This document shows, in pieces, positions 1-10,751 of a stretch of 64,000 nucleotides of DNA. A program made the position numbers and the translations under genes. Each line of letters starts with the position of its first letter. Positions within the stretch are counted from its first letter, which is position 1. The notes beneath the pieces are model-generated. The model worked only from the letters and a program-made list of their open reading frames with translations. It was not told the DNA's origin and ran no database searches. This DNA is from Cyanophora paradoxa CCMP329 (taxonomy: Eukaryota > Plantae > Glaucophyta): NCBI GenBank assembly GCA_004431415.1, contig QPMI01000245.1:1-64000 (forward strand), in the 5' to 3' direction.

Positions 1-3000
1 ACAACGCGTCTACGCCGAAAGGCACGGTGGGCGCCCTGCAGTCGGCCATGACGCGCACGGCGTCGAGCTCCAAGCTGCTGAAGGAGCGCTTCGAGCTGCC
101 GCACGAGGCGCTCGCGCGCGCGTCTGAGAACGGTTCGCTGGAAGCGGAGAGCGGCAACGTGTGGCGGCAGGAGCACGAGAACGACATCGCTCAGGTCGTG
201 CTGGTACGCTCCAAGCGGCGCCGGCGCGCGCGGCGGCGCGGCGGCGCCTCACGGCCCGGCGCAGGTCCACGACCCCGGCCTCCACGTCTACATGGGCACG
301 CTGCACCCTTCCGGCTCCCTGTACGAGGCGCGTCCCTCCCGCTCCCCTCGCGCAGCGGGGGGCCGCCGGGGCGCGCGCCTCCGGCCTCCGCCCTCGGGAT
401 CGAGGCCTCAGCCGCGCGCTCGCGCGGTGCGCGCCAGCTCACGGGGCGGGGGGCGCAGACGTCGGTGGACCTGGAGCGCGCGAAGGCGGAGCACGCGAAC
501 TTCATCCGCACGATGCAGACGTACAACTGCGAGGTCCACACCGGTGCCGCCCCGTGCCGCCCGCGTTTCCAGCTCGCCGGCGGCGCCGGCGCGGCCCTCC
601 CCGGCTGACCCCGCCCCGCCTCGCCTCCTTTCGAAGTGCGCGGCCTGCTCGCGCTGGTGCGGGCCGCCCTCCCTCGCGCCCCGCCGGCCGCGCCGCGCCG
701 CTGAGCGCCGACGGGCCCGCAGAAGTGCGCGACGAACGTGCGGGAGCGGCTGGCGCTGGAGGACCTGGCGTTCAAGTCCCTCGAGTACAAGTACGACACC
801 AGCCTCGCCGGCGAGGAGGCCCGCCCCGCCCCCGCCCCCGCCCCCGCCCCGCCCCGCCCCTGCCCGCGGCCGAGCGCGGCTGAGCGGAGCGGTGGTGCGG
901 GGCGGCAGGTGGTGCTGGAGCCGCACGACGAGTTCCTCCTCTCCGACGACTACAAGCGCCAGTGCATCGGTGCCCGCCCGCGCCGCCCGCTCGCCCCGCC
1001 CGCGCCTGCCGCCGAACCGCGCGGGCGCAACGGCGTGCAGCGGCGATGGACACGGAGCAGCTGGTGGAGATCGTGATGACGCGCCCGACGATCACCCTCG
1101 TCAAGAGCGACCGCGACACCCCCATGACCGCCACATCCTTCGCCTTGTCCGCCCCTTCCCCGCGCTTAAGCTTAGCTTTGAGGGGCTGACTAACCGCCGC
1201 CCGCGGCACGGCAGCAACCCGCTGTGCAACCTCACCTTCACCCGTGATCAGCAGGCGCCCCGCCCCGCCCGGGCCGCGAGCCGCGAGCCTCCCCTGGCCC
1301 GCGAGCTGACCCGCCCGCCCGCCGCCCCTGCGCGCGCAGATCACGACGGCGCGCGGCATCGTGCTCGGCCGCATGTGCTCCCGCCAGCGCTGGATGGAGA
1401 CCGAGGTGCGCCCGTGCCCCCTCCGCCTCTCCTCCCCCTCGCACTCGCCGCCGAGCGCGCCCCGCCCCGCCCCGCCCCACCCCGCAGGTTATGAAGTTCT
1501 GCTTCAACAAGCTGCACCTGCCCGTGCGCGCCCCGCCACCCCCGCCCCCGCCCCCGCGCCCGCCCCCGCCCCCTCCGCCGCAGCGCGCCTCCGCCTCACG
1601 CGCCTCCTTTAGATCGTGGGGGAGATCGTGGCGCCGGGGACCCTGGAGGGGGGCGACTTCTACCCCGCGGGGGACATCTGCTACATCGGCGTCGGCCTCC
1701 GCACCAACTACGACGCCTGCCGCCAGGCCCGTCCCCTCGCCCAGCCTCGTCCCGCCCCGCCCGCTGAGAGAAGGCGGACGCAGATGATGAAGAACGACTG
1801 GTGGGGCACGCGGCGCGTGGCGATCGTGAAGGACCTCTTCGAGCGCTCCCAGGACCGCATGCACCTCGTCCGCCCCGCCCCCGCCCAGCCAAGCTCAGCT
1901 CAGCTGAGCTGACCTGGGGGCAGGACTGCATGTTCAACATCGCGGGGGACGACGTGACGGTCATGCTCGACGAGTGCATGGGGCCCACCGCTCCCACGCG
2001 GTCCGCCCTCCCCCGGCCCCGGCCCCGGCCCCCTGGGGCCGGGCACCGATGTGGCGCGGGCAGGCGGCTGGTGGACGAGTGGGTACGGGGGGAGGACGGC
2101 GCCTACGTCCTCGCCCGCCACGACGTCGAGTTCGCCGCCTTCATCCGGTCCGCCCCTGTACCCCCGCCCGCGCGCTCCTCCCGCTCCGCGCCCCGCCCCG
2201 CCTCGCCTCGCGCCCACCGTCTCTCTCCCCCGCGCGCGCAGGGAGGAGGGGTACCACATCATCCCGATCAGCGGGCAGCACCAGCTCGAGTACGGCTGCA
2301 ACTTCGTGAACCTGGGCCACGGCAGTGCGCCCCGCCCCCGCCCGCGCCGCCTGCCTTCGGGGCCTCCCCGGCTTACGCTCAGCGGGGTAGACCTCATCAC
2401 GGTGCACAAGGAGACGGCGCGGCAGATCGCCCGCGACCCGCGCTTCAAGGCGCGGCCGGCCCCCGCCCTCTCCGCCTTCCCCCGCCTGAGCTCTCTCTCG
2501 CGCGCAGGGGAACGTGGAGCTGATCGAGTACCGCTCAATCACCTCCATGTACGGCTCCGTCCACTGCTCCTCCCAGGCCCGCCCGCACGCCCCTCCCTCT
2601 CCCTCGCCCCCCGCTCCGCCTCGCCTCGCCTCGCGAATCGCTGAGGGCGGCGGGGCGGGCAGGTGATCAAGCGGGTGCCGCGCACCGCGTCGAAGGCGGC
2701 GGACCCGGCGGCACGGAGGACCGCCTCCCTCCAGCGCGCCCCTTTCCCCCGCCCTCCCCTAGTTCTTTCGCCCTTGTCTGACTCGGTTCCGCCCGCCCGC
2801 GCCCGCGCAGCGCGAACATGGCGGCGGTGGAGGCGTGCATGAACGGGGCCGGCGCGGCGGCGGAGGCGGCGGCCAACATCCCCGGCGGCTCCGGCCGCGG
2901 CATGGCCCGCTGGGAGGCGCGCCGCGCCCCCTCGCCCCCCCCTCCTCGCCCCTTGTCCTCGTCTCCTTACGGAGCCGGCTGCTGTCGCAGGTGGAGCGGG

Positions 3001-4731
3001 CGCGGGTGGAGGGCATCATCGCCCGCCGCGCGTCTCCAGCACCCGCGGCCGCGGCGCCGGCGGCGGCCTCGCCCAGGTGCCCGGCCCCTCCGCGCCGGCC
3101 CCGCCCCGCCCCCCGCTGAAGCGTCGGGCGCGCGCGCAGTCGAGCAGCGCGGCGATTATGTGCGCGCCGACCTCCTTCTACGCGCCCAAGTCGGAGGAGC
3201 TGAAGAGCTACAACGACCTGCGCGCCGCCGACGCCCCCAACGCCCGGCCCCTCTCCACCCGCGAGGTTCCCCGCCCCGCGCCGCGCACCGCGCCGCCGCG
3301 CCGAGCGGCGGGTGCAGGTGCAGAGCCGGTGCCTGCGGGAGTTCTCGGGGCTCCTGGCGGCGCTGACGGAGCGGGCCGGCATGGACGTCCACGTCTTCCA
3401 CCGCGAGGTCCCACCGGCCCCGCGCATCGCCCCGCGGGGCGGGGCGCATGGCGAGCGGGGCGGGACGCGGCGCAGGCGTACGAGAACGTGGCGAACTCGA
3501 TCTTCGTGAACAACATCCTCTCCACGCACCAGCGCGGCGAGGCCGGCGACGCCGGTCCGCCCGCCTTCGCTGGCTTGGCCTGCCGGCCCCGCGCAGCAGC
3601 GGCCGAGCGGCTTGGGCGGGGGCAGGGGGCCAGACGGTGGTGATCTACCCGATGGCGGGGGAGGACCGGCGCTGCGAGATGAAGGAGGACATCCGCGAGC
3701 GCCTCCGCGGTCCGCCCGCCCTGCTGGCCCTCCTTCGTTTCAAGAGAGTCCTGCGCCTGAGGGCCGGGGCGGGCGTGCAGCGCGGTACCGGCGGGTGGTG
3801 GACCTCTCGGGCGAGGCCGCCGAGGGCCGCTTCCTTGAGGGCACCGGTGCGTGCCCGCCCCCGCCCCCGCCCGCCGCGCCCACGCCCCGCCCACGGTGGC
3901 GCAGGGTCGCTGGTGCTGGACCGGCCCTCGCGGACCGCGTACGCCGCCATCTCGAAGCGCACGCACCCCGAGGCCGCCGCCCGCTGGGCCCGCGAGACAG
4001 GCTACTCCCTCGTGCGCCCCCGCCAGCGAGCGAGCGAGCCGCCCCTGCACGGATCTAGAGTCGAAGCTGGCGGCAGGTGACGTTCACGGCGGACCGCGGC
4101 GTCCTCCACACCAACATGCTCCTCATGGCCCGCCCCCGCCCCCGCCGGCCCCGCCCGCCCAGCGAACTTGGGCTCAGGTGGGGTCGACGTACGCGCTGCT
4201 GTGCGCGGAGGCGATCCCCGACGCGGCCGAGGCCGAGGCCGTCGCCGCCAGCCTCCGCGCCGCCGGCCTCGACGTCCTCCCCATCCCCCGCCCCCAGGCC
4301 CGCCCAGCCCCCGCCCAGCCGGTTCCTTAGATTCGATATAGATAGATAGATCTCTGATCATGACGGGGCGGGGCGGGGCAGATGGCGGCGTTCGTGGCGA
4401 ACTCGGCGGAGGTGTGCGGGCGGGACGGGGAGCCGCTCCTCGTCATGTCGAGCCGGGCGCACGCGGCGCTGCTGCCGGCCCAGCGCGAGGCCCTCCTCTC
4501 CAAGCACGTCAAGGTCCGCCCCGCCCCGCCCCGCCCGGGAGAGAGGCTGCGCGGCCGCGTCGGCCTCGAGGGAGAGGGAGCTAGAGGGCCGCCGCTTCCT
4601 CTCGGTCGCGGCCGGTCGCCGTCGCTCGCGTGACCGCACCCGCCTCGCAGGGGATCCTGCACGCCGACCTCGAGACCATCGAGACGGTCGGCGGCGGCTC
4701 CGTCCGCTCCGTCCTCGCCCCCCTCTTCTGA
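1..4731 (+). CDS. arcA: Arginine deiminase (eukaryotic ADI type) fused to a C-terminal CtlX/COG4874-like amidinotransferase domain; 5' end outside window; about 30 exons
   Basis: Spliced exons give QEHENDIAQVVLVHDPG..., NLTFTRDQQI, LEGGDF, RMHLDCMF and SMYGSVHCSSQV (ADI catalytic motifs). They continue into SIFVNN, IYPM..EDRR.E, FLEGTGSLVLDR, LHTNM and IETVGGGSVRSVLAPLF* (TGA 4729-4731). Confidence 0.85.
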
Positions 4732-5009
4732 GCCCCCGCCTCCGCCCCGCCGCCCTCGACCCCCTCTGCGCTCTGCTTTGCTTCTGTGTATTGCCAAGCC
4801 TTGAAGGCAACCCACTAGCATGTACCGTACCTAGGCCTACATCTACGAGTCCGGGCTTTTGCGAAATCGATATCCGCTTGGGCACGTCCACGTGCATACT
4901 CGATAAGCTCAAATTTCACGTTGCGCGCCGGCGGCGGTTGAGTGCCACGGTGCACAGCTGCAGCTGCAGGCCTGGGTGCAAATTAAAGTTGATCGATCGG
5001 AACCTAGCT

Positions 5010-5148
5010 CCGGTTTCAAACCCGGCGCCGGCACATGTTTTGCGCTGTTTCGCGCAGTTTTGCATATGCACAATGCATGTACCGGTTTCAAATTTTAAAC
5101 CCGGCACATGTTTTGCGCTGTTTCGCGCGCGCAGTTTCGCGCAGTTCA
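5010..5148. repeat. Imperfect direct repeat (2 copies) between convergent genes
   Basis: ccggtttcaaa...ccggcacatgttttgcgctgtttcgcgc occurs at about 5010 and about 5082. Confidence 0.7.
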
Positions 5149-5224
5149 AAATGACTGCACACGTGCATGCCTGGATATAAGTCAAGGGCCGACGAGCGCT
5201 AGTGGCCATGGCCATGGCCAGCGC

Positions 5225-7841
5225 TAGTTGCAGGACGTCGGCGTCGGCGACAGTGCGCCCTCCTCGCACGCTCAGCGGCCGGGGCCCCCGCCACCCCCGC
5301 GGGCGGCGGCGCGCGCGCCGGCAGCGCGGCTCAACGCGAGGGCGCACTGTCGCTTGCTCTTGTTCACCGTCTCCATGATGTCCTGCGAACGGTGGGGTGC
5401 ATCCGGAGGTCGCATCCAGAGTATTATTGAAAGGGCCCGCACGGGGGCGCCGGCCGCGGGCGTGGGCGGGCCGGGCCCGGGGCCGGAGCCGCGCACCCAG
5501 AAAGGAAAGCCTTGTTTACCCGCCGTCACCAGGTGCCTGCGCCCGAGCGGCCCGGCCTCGCGATCGGCGGGGGGCGGCGGTCCGGTCCCCTGGGCCGCCG
5601 GGCCTAGCCTAGGCCTGGGCCGGCGTGGCGTATGCGTACCGGAGGTTGCGGGCGGCCTCGCGGAGGCCGAGCGGGGTCGGCGCGGCGCCCAGGTCGTCGC
5701 GATCGCCCGCCCACCACGGCTGCCTGCACCCGGACCGTGATCGCGAGCTCGCCCGGGAGGCGGGGCTCGAGGCCTAGGCCAGGCCTAGGCCTAGGCCTGG
5801 CCTAGAGGACGGGGTTCCGGCCCGCGCGCGCGCGATCGATATCGGGGGGCCGGGTGCGGGGGGCGGGGCGCACGCCAGCGCGCTGTAGGCGATCCCCAGC
5901 GGAGTCACGAGGGCGAACGCCGCCGCCGCCGTCCTGCGCGCGACTAATTATGAGCTCTGATTTTATTTGTATTTACTTTCGAGGCGACGATGGAGCAAGC
6001 TGCGTTGCCCCGGGCCGGGGGCATGCGGGGCGCACCAGGCGAGCCAGGGGAGGAGGCCGCCCCAGGCCGAGTCGCCGGCCAGGAGGGCCCGCTCCAGTGC
6101 CGCGCGCCCCAGCAGGCCCAGCACCGCCGCCTGCCCCCACCCGGCCCCGCTTCGAAGGGGCCGCGAGGGGCTTGGCTTCAAGCGAAAGCTCGGGGCGAGC
6201 GGACCTTCCTCGCGAGGAGGAGGGCGGCCGAGGCGGCGAGGACGGCGACCAGGAGCACGGCGCGCCCCGCGGGGTACCGCTCCATCGCCCGGTCGACGAA
6301 GAGCCGCGCCAGCCCGACCCGCGGCTGGGGGTACGCGGGCGTCGGCGTTGCAAAATTTAACTTAGTAAAGGGCGGCGATCTCGATCTCGAAGGACAAGGG
6401 CGATGGCGAGGCCTAGGGGGGGGGGGGGGGGGGGGGGGGCACCGCGGAGAGGCCGTTCCAGAAGAAAAGGGTGTCGGAGGGGATGAGCGTCGCGCTCAGC
6501 GGAGTGCCGCTGCGCGCTCCGTCGTCCTGCGAGGCCGCGCGCAGCGATCGCGATCACGAGCGAGCTCGATCGAGATCTAGATCTAGAGGCCGCAGCCGCA
6601 GCAGCTATCGCAGTATAAATGTTGCCTGGGCCGGGGCGCGATCGAGAGTGTGGGGGCGCCGGCGATATCGATCACGATCGGGCACCTTGACGCAAATCTC
6701 GAGGAGGCGCTGGAGCACGTCGGAGTTGCGGGGGTCGGCGGGGAGCGGCCGCGGGTGCTCGAGCCGCCCCAGGGCGAGCAGCAGCTCCTCGAGCCCCTTC
6801 CGCCGCGCCGGCGCCGCGCCCTGGAGCTTGGAATCGATCCGCTCCCGAGCGGCGGCGCCCAACGCGCGGAAGAAGTCCGAGAGCTCGCCCGTGGCCGCCC
6901 CGCGCGCGCGCGTGTCCTTCAGCAACTCCCGCGCGATCCAGAGGCGGGGCGGGGGGTCGACGCCTGCCGCTGCGTCGACCGCCAGTGCGGCTTCCAGCTC
7001 CTGCGTCTCCATAACCATTAGTCATGAATAATTGGAATTTAATTCTGCAGAGTGAGAAATTTTCCCCACGCGCCCGTTCATACTCGTCGCACTGCAAAAG
7101 CGAGACGGCGACGTAGGCCTCGAGGCAACGGAGGTCTCGCGCCAGGCCCTCGACCTCCTGCCGCAGCGATTCAGTACATCTAAATTGAATCAAGCATTGC
7201 AAAGCTATTAAATTCTGAATTCGAAGGCGCGCCTTGGCGATGTCGGAGGGGTCCGGAGGGGGCGATGGCGGATCCTTTGAAATCAGCGCAGGCAGAAACG
7301 AGCTCGAGCTGAGTGAATCCCGAAGCACGTCGCGGACTCGATCCACCACACCCTCGAACTCAGCGCCCTTCACAATGATTATCGAGGCCCACTCAGCGCC
7401 ACTGGGCTGCATCAGCGCCCGCTGCGCATGTGCATATGCATCCTTCGACTGATCAGCGCGGCCATCGATGCCAGCGGCTTCAGGATCGCTGCCACCGCGC
7501 GGCTCGCGATCGCCGCCCGCGTCGCTGCGCATGCGCATACGAGCCGCCGCGAACCGCGCGTCGACGTCGTCGCTTTCCGCTTGAATTGGTGGACGTCGAT
7601 CGCGACTGTGATGCCACGAGCGCGACGTGCTTCGAATTCTTGCGCCGACGTCGACAGCGTCGCGTGCGAAGCGCTGATGTGCCGGCCGGCGCCCCTTGAA
7701 CAGCGAATCCGACGCGAACGGCGCGCGTTCGCGATCGCGCCCATGAAGCTCAAGTTGACACGCTCGCGGCTCGGTACAAACACCTCGGCGCGCCGGCGGC
7801 TGCGCGAGCTGCGGCTGCACGAGCTGGAGCGTAATGAACAT
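5225..7841 (-). CDS. Hypothetical multi-exon protein with helical N-terminal part and C-terminal hydrophobic segments
   Basis: Chain of exon-like segments with host-type splice sites: EFEGVVDRVRDVLRD..., ETQELEAALAVD...LLEICVK, TLIPSDTLFFWNGLSA, LFVDRAMERYPAGRAVLLVAVLAASAALLLARK, AFALVTPLGIAYSALA, HLVTAGKQGFPFW, DIMETVNKSKR. Ends are uncertain. Confidence 0.45.
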
Positions 7842-8285
7842 TGCTGGTCTGTATACGCGTACGTATACGTGGACCGTAACGTGGTGCTCTCCGGATCCTG
7901 TAATTAATTATAGAGAAGAGCCAATTAATTAAATTATAACAGAACTTCGGAATTCATTAGAGGCAAATTAAAGATGCAGCAGTGCTCCGGCCGGCGCGGG
8001 GATCCGCGAAAAGCAGATCTAGATGCGAAAATCGCGGCCGTTCAAATTTTGCAAATCGGGGTGCTCCGATCCGGCGCGAAAAGATGCACTCCTAGGGCCC
8101 CTCCCCCTCGGGCCCTGTGCTCCCCCGAATCCCCCACTCCCCACGTCTCCTCTCTCAAGCCCTCGAGCACTCCCCACGATTTCGTGCACCCCTACCCAGC
8201 ACCCAATACGATGATGTAAGCTTGAGATTCGGCGATCACAAGCCACGTGCGATCGCGAAGGCGGGGATCGAGTGGGAGCCGCCGC

Positions 8286-10622
8286 CTACTCCTCGTCGGG
8301 GAGGAACGCCGAGAGAACGTTCACCTTCTTCTGGAACTCGGTCGCCTGAGGGGGGTACCGGGGCGTCAGGAGGGCGCGCCAGCGGGGCCGGCTGGCCGCG
8401 GGCCGCGCGAGCGTGTGCGCAGGGCGCCCACCTTGACGCCGTTGAGGGCCTTGCCGTTGAGCATCTTCTCCAGCCGCGCCTTCTCCGTCTTGGGGTACGC
8501 GTCGCCCTGCCCGGGGCGTGAGCGGCGCGCCAAGCGAGCCGAGGGCGTGGGCAAGGTCAGGGGCGCGCCTTCTCGTCGATGGACTTCATCACCTTAAGGT
8601 AGTAGTCCGCCGACCTGGGGTACCGGGTTTAGGAGGGGGGGGGGGAAAGGGCGGGAGGGGGAGGGGGCGGCGGCGCACGACTGCTTGTCGCCCTGGCCGG
8701 CGGCGAGCTTGGTCGCCTGCTCGCGCAGCTTCGCGCGCGAGTCCGCCGCCTCCTTCACGTAGTCCTGGGGTACCGCGTCGGAACGAAGAAGGGAGGGGGG
8801 AGGGGCGCGGGGGTAGGGCACCTTGGCGAGGGTGTCGAGCTCCTCGATGCGGCCGGCGTCGGCCGAGAGGCCGCCGCCCAGCACGCGGTGCGTCCCCTGC
8901 CCCGGGGCCCCGCGCCTCAGCCTGGGTACAGGGAAACGAGGGGAAGCGCCAAGGGGGGCTACCGCGTTCTTGTTGATGAATTCGACGAAGGCCTCCGGGT
9001 CTGCGGGGGGGGGGGAAGGGGGGAAGGCTCGCGCCGGGGGGTACGCGGATCGGGCGGGGCGCGGGGGGCGCACCGCGGCCGCCCTCGTACTTGACGCCCT
9101 CCTTGTTGTCCTTGGGGAACCAGACCAGGGTGGGGTACCCCTTCACGTCGAACCTGCCGGGCGGTTGGTGGGGCGCTGGGTCGGACCGGGCCGGGACGGG
9201 CGGGGCGGGGCGGGCGGGGCGGGGCCGGGGCGCGCACCGCTCGGCGAGGGAGCGGTGGGCGTCGGCGTCGACCTTAGCCACGACGACCTGTCGCGCCGCT
9301 CGCCGGCGCCGGGGCGGGGCGGGGCGTGGGGCGGCGCACGCTAGACTCGTCCTTGTAGGTCTCCGCCACCTTCTCGTAGTCGGGCGCGAGCCGCTTGCAG
9401 TGGCCGCACCTGCGCCGCGCCGGCCGGCCGCGTCGGGCGCCGGGCGGGGGCCGGGCCGGGCGGGGCTCGAACCAGGGGGCGTAGAACTCGACCATGACGT
9501 CCTTGGTCTTGTCGAGGACGACCGAGTCGAAGTCGGCGGGGGTCAGCGCCGGCACGAAGCTCGTCGCCGCCTTGACCTTGGCCTGCCGCCCCCGCCCCCG
9601 CCGCGTCGGAAGGAGGAAGGAAGAAGGAAGGAAAGGAGGGAAAGAGGAGGACGCACGCGGGTGCCGGCCTTCTGGTTGATGAAGTTGATGATATCATCCG
9701 CGCTGCGGCCGCCGTTGTACCTGAAGGCCGGACGGCCGCCGCGGGGCGCGAGCGTGAGCGCCGGCGCCCGGCGCCCGGCGCAGGGGGCGAGGCGCGGCGG
9801 GCGGACGCACTCCTCCGGCTCGGTGGAGCCCTTGGGGAACCACTTCAGGGTCGGGAAGCCTGCGCGGCGGCGGCGGAGGCGGCGGTCAAGCAGCCGCGGG
9901 GCGAGCGGCGGAGCCGGCCCCGATGCGCCGCGGCCGGCGCGCACCCTGGATGTTGAAGCGGCTGGCGAGCTCCTTGTGCTGCGGGCGGCGCGCGGGGGCG
10001 TCAGCCGGCGGTCGCGGCCCGAGTGCTGACGTAAGCAAAGCCGGCGGCACCTGATCCGCGTCGACCTTAGCGACGAGGACCTCCGGGACCTTCGCGAAGG
10101 CATCGCCGACGACCTCGTACTCCTGTGGAGCGCGCCGTCAGCCCGGAGGAAGGAAGGCCGGAAGGAACGGCAGCACGGACCGGGGCGAGCGCCTGCGAGA
10201 GGACAGGCGCGCGGAGGCGTCGCAAATGTCAGCCAAAGGAAACAACCCGGAAGCGAATGGCACAAAGCGCCGAGCCGGCACGGCGCGCTGGGCGTCGGCT
10301 GGGCCGTGTGTCCGGAGGATGAGCGGACCTTGCAGTGACCGCACCACGGGGCTGCGCGGACATGCGTGAGCGAACGGCTTGCGAACTTGAATCGCGCCAC
10401 CCCGGGCGAGCCGCACCGAAGAACTCCACGAACGCGCCGCGAGAGCCGTCCACATTCTAGACGCGCCGAGGTCAGCGGCGGTGCGGGGCGCGCGAGCATC
10501 GGTCCGCCGAGCGACGCTGTCCGCACCGCGTCGAAGTTGTCGGGAGTGAGGTCCTTGACGTTGCTGGCCGCCGCCAGGACGACCAGCGCCGACAGCGCGA
10601 GAAGCACGAGCCGTCCCTTCAT
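8286..10622 (-). CDS. Protein disulfide isomerase, a-a'-D type (two thioredoxin domains plus ERp29-like C domain; ERp38/PDI-D class)
   Basis: Signal peptide [19 protein letters not shown], two APWCGHCK motifs, [11 protein letters not shown] and [10 protein letters not shown], helical tail [10 protein letters not shown]...EKARLEKML...[13 protein letters not shown]; no KDEL. Confidence 0.93.
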
Positions 10623-10751
10623 CTGGTGCCGGAGAGGCGCGTGAGGTTCGCGCGAGGCTGCGAGGACCGCCAGGGCAACCGCCGACCTTCTTTCGAGGTC
10701 TAGGGGGGTACCGCGCCAGAAGCGAATTCGGGCGGCGACGCAGCGAGGACC
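10623..10751. promoter_or_regulatory. Putative bidirectional promoter between PDI and IFT88
   Basis: Divergent ATGs at 10622 (-) and 10752 (+) are only about 130 bp apart. Confidence 0.55.

Noticed and set aside
6416-6439. Poly-G run
   Set aside because: Simple homopolymer inside an intron of the minus-strand hypothetical gene; its length is unreliable.
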